Origin: Terriglobia bacterium
Lineage (GTDB): Bacteria > Acidobacteriota > Polarisedimenticolia > Polarisedimenticolales > JAIQFR01
Direction of reading: 5' to 3'
DNA: 64,000 nucleotides
Assembly: GCA_963748015.1 (NCBI GenBank)
Contig: CAVVHE010000008.1
Coordinates: 47,049-111,048 of the forward strand
In this document: one piece after another, positions 59,901 through 64,000 of the stretch
Layout of the letters: every line of letters begins with the position of its first letter
Numbering within the stretch: position 1 is the first letter of the stretch
Translations under genes and position numbers: made by a program
The notes under the pieces: model-generated
The model's database searches: none
What the model saw: the letters and a program-made list of their open reading frames with translations, nothing else
What the model was told of the DNA's origin: nothing

Positions 59901-60223
59901 ATCTTCTTCCCGTCCGGGCTGAACCGCGGCTCGGTGTCCCACGGGATCCCTTCCGTCAGCGGCTTCGCTTCGCCCCCCTCCGATGGAATCGCGTAGAGGT
60001 CGCCGAGCATGTCGAAGACGATCGTCTTCCCGTCCGGGCTGATGTCCACACTCGACCACGTCGTCTCGGAGGTGTCGATCGGGACGGAGGCCCAGGCTCC
60101 CGGCGGGTTCGCCACGTCCCACTTCTTCTCGTCCTTCTTGTCCGCCGCGGCGTGCAGGGCCGTGGACGAGAGCGCCAGCAGGACGCCGGCGATCCAAGCG
60201 AGAACCGGGCGACAGGTCTTCAT
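56914..60223 (-). CDS. PD40-repeat + amidohydrolase protein (frameshift ~57548)
   Basis: Signal peptide; SPDG repeats; PGFVDAHAH, GVTTIHDP, IGAHGQ, GSIEPGKLADL. Confidence 0.88.
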
Positions 60224-60363
60224 GGTCGAGCCCTTTCGAAGGGAGCGGCGCGCCTCTCCCGGGAATGCGCTACGAAAGACCCCATGCTAGCGCACGGCGG
60301 CGAGCCGCGCAGCGCCGTCCATGCGGCGCGGGAGGGCTCCGGAGGGGGGATTCCGACGGGAGA

Positions 60364-61179
60364 CTAGGTGCCCGCGCAGATCGTGAAATCGGTGAGGTCC
60401 GGGTTGACGAAGTCCACCTGAGCGCAGCCGCCGGAGAGGGTCACCGCGGCCACCTCGGTCCCGTTGACCTGGATCGTGCCGGTCATCGTCTCGCGGTTCA
60501 GGACGAAGCGGATCGTGTTGCCGCGCGGACCGGTGACGGTCTCCTCGAAGCGCGTCGGAGAGACGACGACGACCACCACCAGGGAGGTGCCCCCGGCCGG
60601 GGTCACCGTGTGGGTCATGGCGAGGTTGTAGTCCGTGACCTGGCCCCCCGCGTCGCGGGTCACGTCGCCGGTGGCGGTCCAGGTCGCGACGCCGAGGAGG
60701 CTCGTCGCCGAGGCGTTGAAGTTGACCGCGTAGCGGATTCCGCTCGGGGGTTGATCGACCGATGGCGTCACGACGAGCGTTCCCTCGACGGCGACCGAGA
60801 CGCCGTCGATGACGAGGGTTCCCGAGAACGTGAACGTCCCGGTCCCCTCGGTCGTCGCGGAGCAGGTTCCGGTGATGCCGTTGCCGAGGTCGAATGTCGC
60901 CGGGCAGGCGGGCGGCGGCGCGACCGGCGCGACCGGCGCGCCGGCGACCAGCTTCGTCATCCCGGTGGAAACACCCATCCGGCCGACCATCGCCCCGATC
61001 AGCTCCGCGGAAGCCGCGGCGGACGGTCCCGTCATCGAGACCGCCAGCGCGCTGGCGTTGACGTCCGCCTGCGTGTCCGCGTTGCTCGGCTGTGCGACGT
61101 CGTTGCTCGAGCAGCCGATCGCCGCGGCCAGCCCGGCGAGGACGACTACCGCGATCCACCCGAAGCCGATCTTGCGCAT
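60364..61179 (-). CDS. Hypothetical Thr/Val-rich beta-strand lipoprotein
   Basis: GAGGAG RBS, AIGC lipobox, high-GC3 codon pattern. Confidence 0.7.
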   Translation of the reverse strand: MRKIGFGWIAVVVLAGLAAAIGCSSNDVAQPSNADTQADVNASALAVSMTGPSAAASAELIGAMVGRMGVSTGMTKLVAGAPVAPVAPPPACPATFDLGNGITGTCSATTEGTGTFTFSGTLVIDGVSVAVEGTLVVTPSVDQPPSGIRYAVNFNASATSLLGVATWTATGDVTRDAGGQVTDYNLAMTHTVTPAGGTSLVVVVVVSPTRFEETVTGPRGNTIRFVLNRETMTGTIQVNGTEVAAVTLSGGCAQVDFVNPDLTDFTICAGT

Positions 61180-61437
61180 CCGCTGCTCCTCACCCCTCGT
61201 GAATGGACTCGGGACGGGCGGGCAGAGGGATCCGGCCGTCCGAAGGGAAGCTAGCGGCCGGATGCGCCGGAATCAAGGGAAGGAACCGTAACCGGCGGGC
61301 CGAAATGGAGTTACGCCGCGATCGCGATACCGGTTCGTAAGTCGGATCACGATCCCGGAATCTGCGACGGTCCCGGCGCGACGCGTCCCAGGTAGAATCG
61401 CCGCCGCCGCCGGACGCGGCGCGCCGAGGAGGGGCTC

Positions 61438-62775
61438 GTGGAGGCGATCGAAAAAGCTCTCGGGACGATAAGCGATTTCGTGTGGGGGTACCCCCTCCTC
61501 ATCCTTCTTTTCGGAACGCACATCTACCTGACGATCCGGCTGCGCTTCATCCAGCGCTACATCGGCCGGGCGATCCGGCTCTCGTTCCAGCGGAAGGCGG
61601 AAGGCGAGGGCGACGTGAGCCACTTCGGCGCGCTCACGACCGCGCTCGCGGCGACGATCGGCACCGGGAACATCGTCGGGGTCGCGACGGCGGTCGCGGC
61701 GGGAGGCCCCGGCGCGGTGTTCTGGATGTGGCTCACGGGGGTGTTCGGGATCGCGACGAAGTACGCGGAGGCGGTCCTGTCCGTGAAGTACCGCATCCGC
61801 GGCGAGAGCGGCCTGATGGCGGGCGGGCCGATGTACGTGCTCGAGCGCGGCATGGGGGCGAGGTGGCTCGGCATGGTGTTCGCGGCGCTGACGGCCGTCG
61901 CCGCGTTCGGCATCGGGAACATGGTCCAGGCGAACTCGATCTCGCAGATGCTCCTCGAGACGTGGCAGGTGTCCCCCTGGGTGTCGGGCGCCGTGATGAC
62001 GGTCCTGACCGCGGTCGTGATCCTCGGCGGGATCAAGTCGATCGCGCGGGTGTGCGAGGGACTCGTTCCGTTCATGGCGGTCTTCTATGTCCTGGGCTGC
62101 GTGGTGCTGCTCGCGATCGGTTGGAGGACGCTGCCGGCGACCGTCGTCCTGATCTTCAAGACCGCCTTCACGGGGCAGGCGGCGCTCGGCGGATTCCTCG
62201 GGGCGGGGATCCGCGAGGCGATCCGTTACGGCATCGCGCGCGGCCTGTTCTCGAACGAGTCGGGCCTCGGGAGCGCGCCGATCGTCGCCGCCGCGGCGAT
62301 GACGAAGAACCCGGTGCGGCAGGCGCTCGTCTCCTCGACCGGGACGTTCTGGGACACCGTCGTCGTGTGCGCGATGACCGGCCTCGTCCTGGTGAACTCG
62401 GGGGACTGGACGAAGGGGCTGACCGGGGCGGCGCTCACGAAGAACGCGTTCGCGGAGTTCCCCCTCGTGGGTCCCGCCGTCCTGAGCGTCGGCCTCCTGA
62501 CCTTCGTCTTCTCGACGATCCTCGGCTGGTCGTACTACGGCGAGAAGGCGGCCGAGTACCTGTTCGGCGGCCGCGCGGTGCTGCCGTACCGGTTCCTCTG
62601 GGTCGCGGCGGTGATGGTCGGCTCCGTCACCTCGCTCCGCGCCGTGTGGTCCTTCGCGGACATCGCCAACGGCCTGATGGCGATCCCGAACCTCGTCTCC
62701 CTCATCGCCCTCTCCGGCGTCCTCGTCTCCGAAACCCGCACCTACCTCTGGAGCGACAACCTCGACTCCGACTGA
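61438..62775 (+). CDS. Alanine/glycine:cation symporter (AGCS family)
   Basis: ATIGTGNIVGVA, GGPGAVFWMW, GGPMY, RGLFSNESGLGSAP, NGLMAIPN. Confidence 0.93.
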   Translation: MEAIEKALGTISDFVWGYPLLILLFGTHIYLTIRLRFIQRYIGRAIRLSFQRKAEGEGDVSHFGALTTALAATIGTGNIVGVATAVAAGGPGAVFWMWLTGVFGIATKYAEAVLSVKYRIRGESGLMAGGPMYVLERGMGARWLGMVFAALTAVAAFGIGNMVQANSISQMLLETWQVSPWVSGAVMTVLTAVVILGGIKSIARVCEGLVPFMAVFYVLGCVVLLAIGWRTLPATVVLIFKTAFTGQAALGGFLGAGIREAIRYGIARGLFSNESGLGSAPIVAAAAMTKNPVRQALVSSTGTFWDTVVVCAMTGLVLVNSGDWTKGLTGAALTKNAFAEFPLVGPAVLSVGLLTFVFSTILGWSYYGEKAAEYLFGGRAVLPYRFLWVAAVMVGSVTSLRAVWSFADIANGLMAIPNLVSLIALSGVLVSETRTYLWSDNLDSD

Positions 62776-62788
62776 GCCGGGGACCGTT

Positions 62789-64000
62789 TCACTCGAGGGA
62801 GCCGTCGAGGAGGAGTTTCAGGTTGACGGCGGCGCGGACGTCGGAGGGGTCGAGCGAGAGGGCTCGGCGGAGGGCGGACTCGGCGTCGGCGCGACGCCCG
62901 GCGAGGGCGTAGGCGTAGCCGAGGTTGTTGAGGGCGCGGCCGTTCGCGGGCGTCTTGCGCGCCACGTCTTCCCAGAAGACGATCTCGTTCGCGTAGACGG
63001 CGTTCCTGCGGATGGTGGCGGCACCGAGGACGAGCACGACACCGGTCAGGATCGCGAGGACGGTCCGGCGCCGCCAGGCGACCCTCGACAAACCCCACGC
63101 CAGAAGCCACGCGGGACCGATCGAGGCGACGTAGAGCTGCCGGTCGTTCGCCACGTCGAGGCGAGGGAGAACGGAGTTCGTCGGGGCCAGCCAGAGGAAG
63201 AACCAGAGGACGCCGAACGCGAGGGCGGGGCGCTTGCGGGACGCGAGGAGCGCGAGGGCGACGAGCGCGGCGAGGACGGTCGCCTCGAGCGCCGCCGCCG
63301 GGCTCCACGCGCTCACGACCGGGAGCAGCGGGTCGGCGTTCAGCCGGTCGAGCCGCACGAGCTGCCCGGCGAGGTAGGTGACGCCCCCCGCCTGGGTGAG
63401 GAGGTTCTCCCCGATGCCTCGCGCGGCGAGGCTCGCCGCCGCGAGGTGCCGGTACGCCGGACTCGCGAGAGCGGCCGCCGCGCCCGCGAGGAGCACCGCG
63501 CCGTGGACCGCCGTCGCGGCCGCGGCGTCGCGGAAGCGGAACGGGCGGCGCGTGTCCGTGAGCAGCCACAGCGCGATCGCCAGCGGCAGGACGGCCGCGG
63601 TCTCCTTCACGCCGAGAGCGAGCGCGAAGAGGAGCGGGGAGAGGCCGTGCGAGAGCAAGGGCCGTCCGCGCTCCCTCCCCTCGATCCACGCGACGAGGCT
63701 GCCGAGCGCGAACAGCGCGGCGAGCGACGTCGAGCGGCCGCACACGTAGGTGACGGCTTCCGTCTGCACGGGGTGGAGGGCGAAGAGGAGCGCGCCCGAG
63801 AGCGCGGCGAAGCGCGCGCGCTCCTCATCCAGGCCGTGCCGCAGCGCGAGCCGCGAGAGGAGCGCTCCCACGAGGAGCGCGCACGCGGCGTGCACGGCGA
63901 CGTTCGCGCCCCGGAAGCCGGCCACCCCGAGGCCGGACGCGTGGTTCAGCGCGTAGCTCGCCTTGAGGAGCGGCCGGATCCCGGGCATCGCCCCCCACCA
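62789..64000 (-). CDS. TMTC-like membrane glycosyltransferase with TPR, 3' part (5' end outside window)
   Basis: IRPL, LFALHPVQTEAVTYVCGRS, VKE, ANDRQLY, terminal TPR. Confidence 0.82.
   Translation of the reverse strand, partial: WWGAMPGIRPLLKASYALNHASGLGVAGFRGANVAVHAACALLVGALLSRLALRHGLDEERARFAALSGALLFALHPVQTEAVTYVCGRSTSLAALFALGSLVAWIEGRERGRPLLSHGLSPLLFALALGVKETAAVLPLAIALWLLTDTRRPFRFRDAAAATAVHGAVLLAGAAAALASPAYRHLAAASLAARGIGENLLTQAGGVTYLAGQLVRLDRLNADPLLPVVSAWSPAAALEATVLAALVALALLASRKRPALAFGVLWFFLWLAPTNSVLPRLDVANDRQLYVASIGPAWLLAWGLSRVAWRRRTVLAILTGVVLVLGAATIRRNAVYANEIVFWEDVARKTPANGRALNNLGYAYALAGRRADAESALRRALSLDPSDVRAAVNLKLLLDGSLE

Noticed and set aside
61180-61437. Glycine riboswitch upstream of the AGCS symporter
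   Set aside because: Expected GGAGA / CCGAAG / CTCTCAGG elements not found.

Overview
Very GC-rich bacterial DNA. The gene content (tricorn/PD40 hydrolases, TMTC-like TPR glycosyltransferases, sulfatase-like/TPR proteins) suggests an Acidobacteriota-like MAG, which is an inference. From start to end the window holds: the 3' part of acetoacetyl-CoA synthetase, phhA and glnA; a 4Fe-4S protein divergent from a Crp/Fnr regulator; a cbb3 oxidase operon (DsbD_2-type protein, ccoI, ccoS, fused ccoNO, ccoQ, ccoP, ccoG); many secreted proteins (S8 protease, tetraheme cytochrome, repeat protein, Ig/PKD lipoproteins, tricorn protease, serine hydrolase, amidohydrolase); PPK2; transporters; a CydA-like/cytochrome c pair; and an RND efflux pair. 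No rRNA, tRNA, CRISPR array or transposase was recognised. The strongest unexplained signal is a ~120-aa, 4-Cys C-terminal domain shared by an unrelated protease and cytochrome, with a third orphan remnant, which may be a lineage-specific export/anchoring signal. Also notable are a family of structured intergenic repeats with an identical 27-nt loop and covarying stems, a MITE-like element, and a sulfatase islet bounded by a duplicated gene 3' end. Many single-base frameshifts, mostly at 42-58 kb, look like assembly errors.
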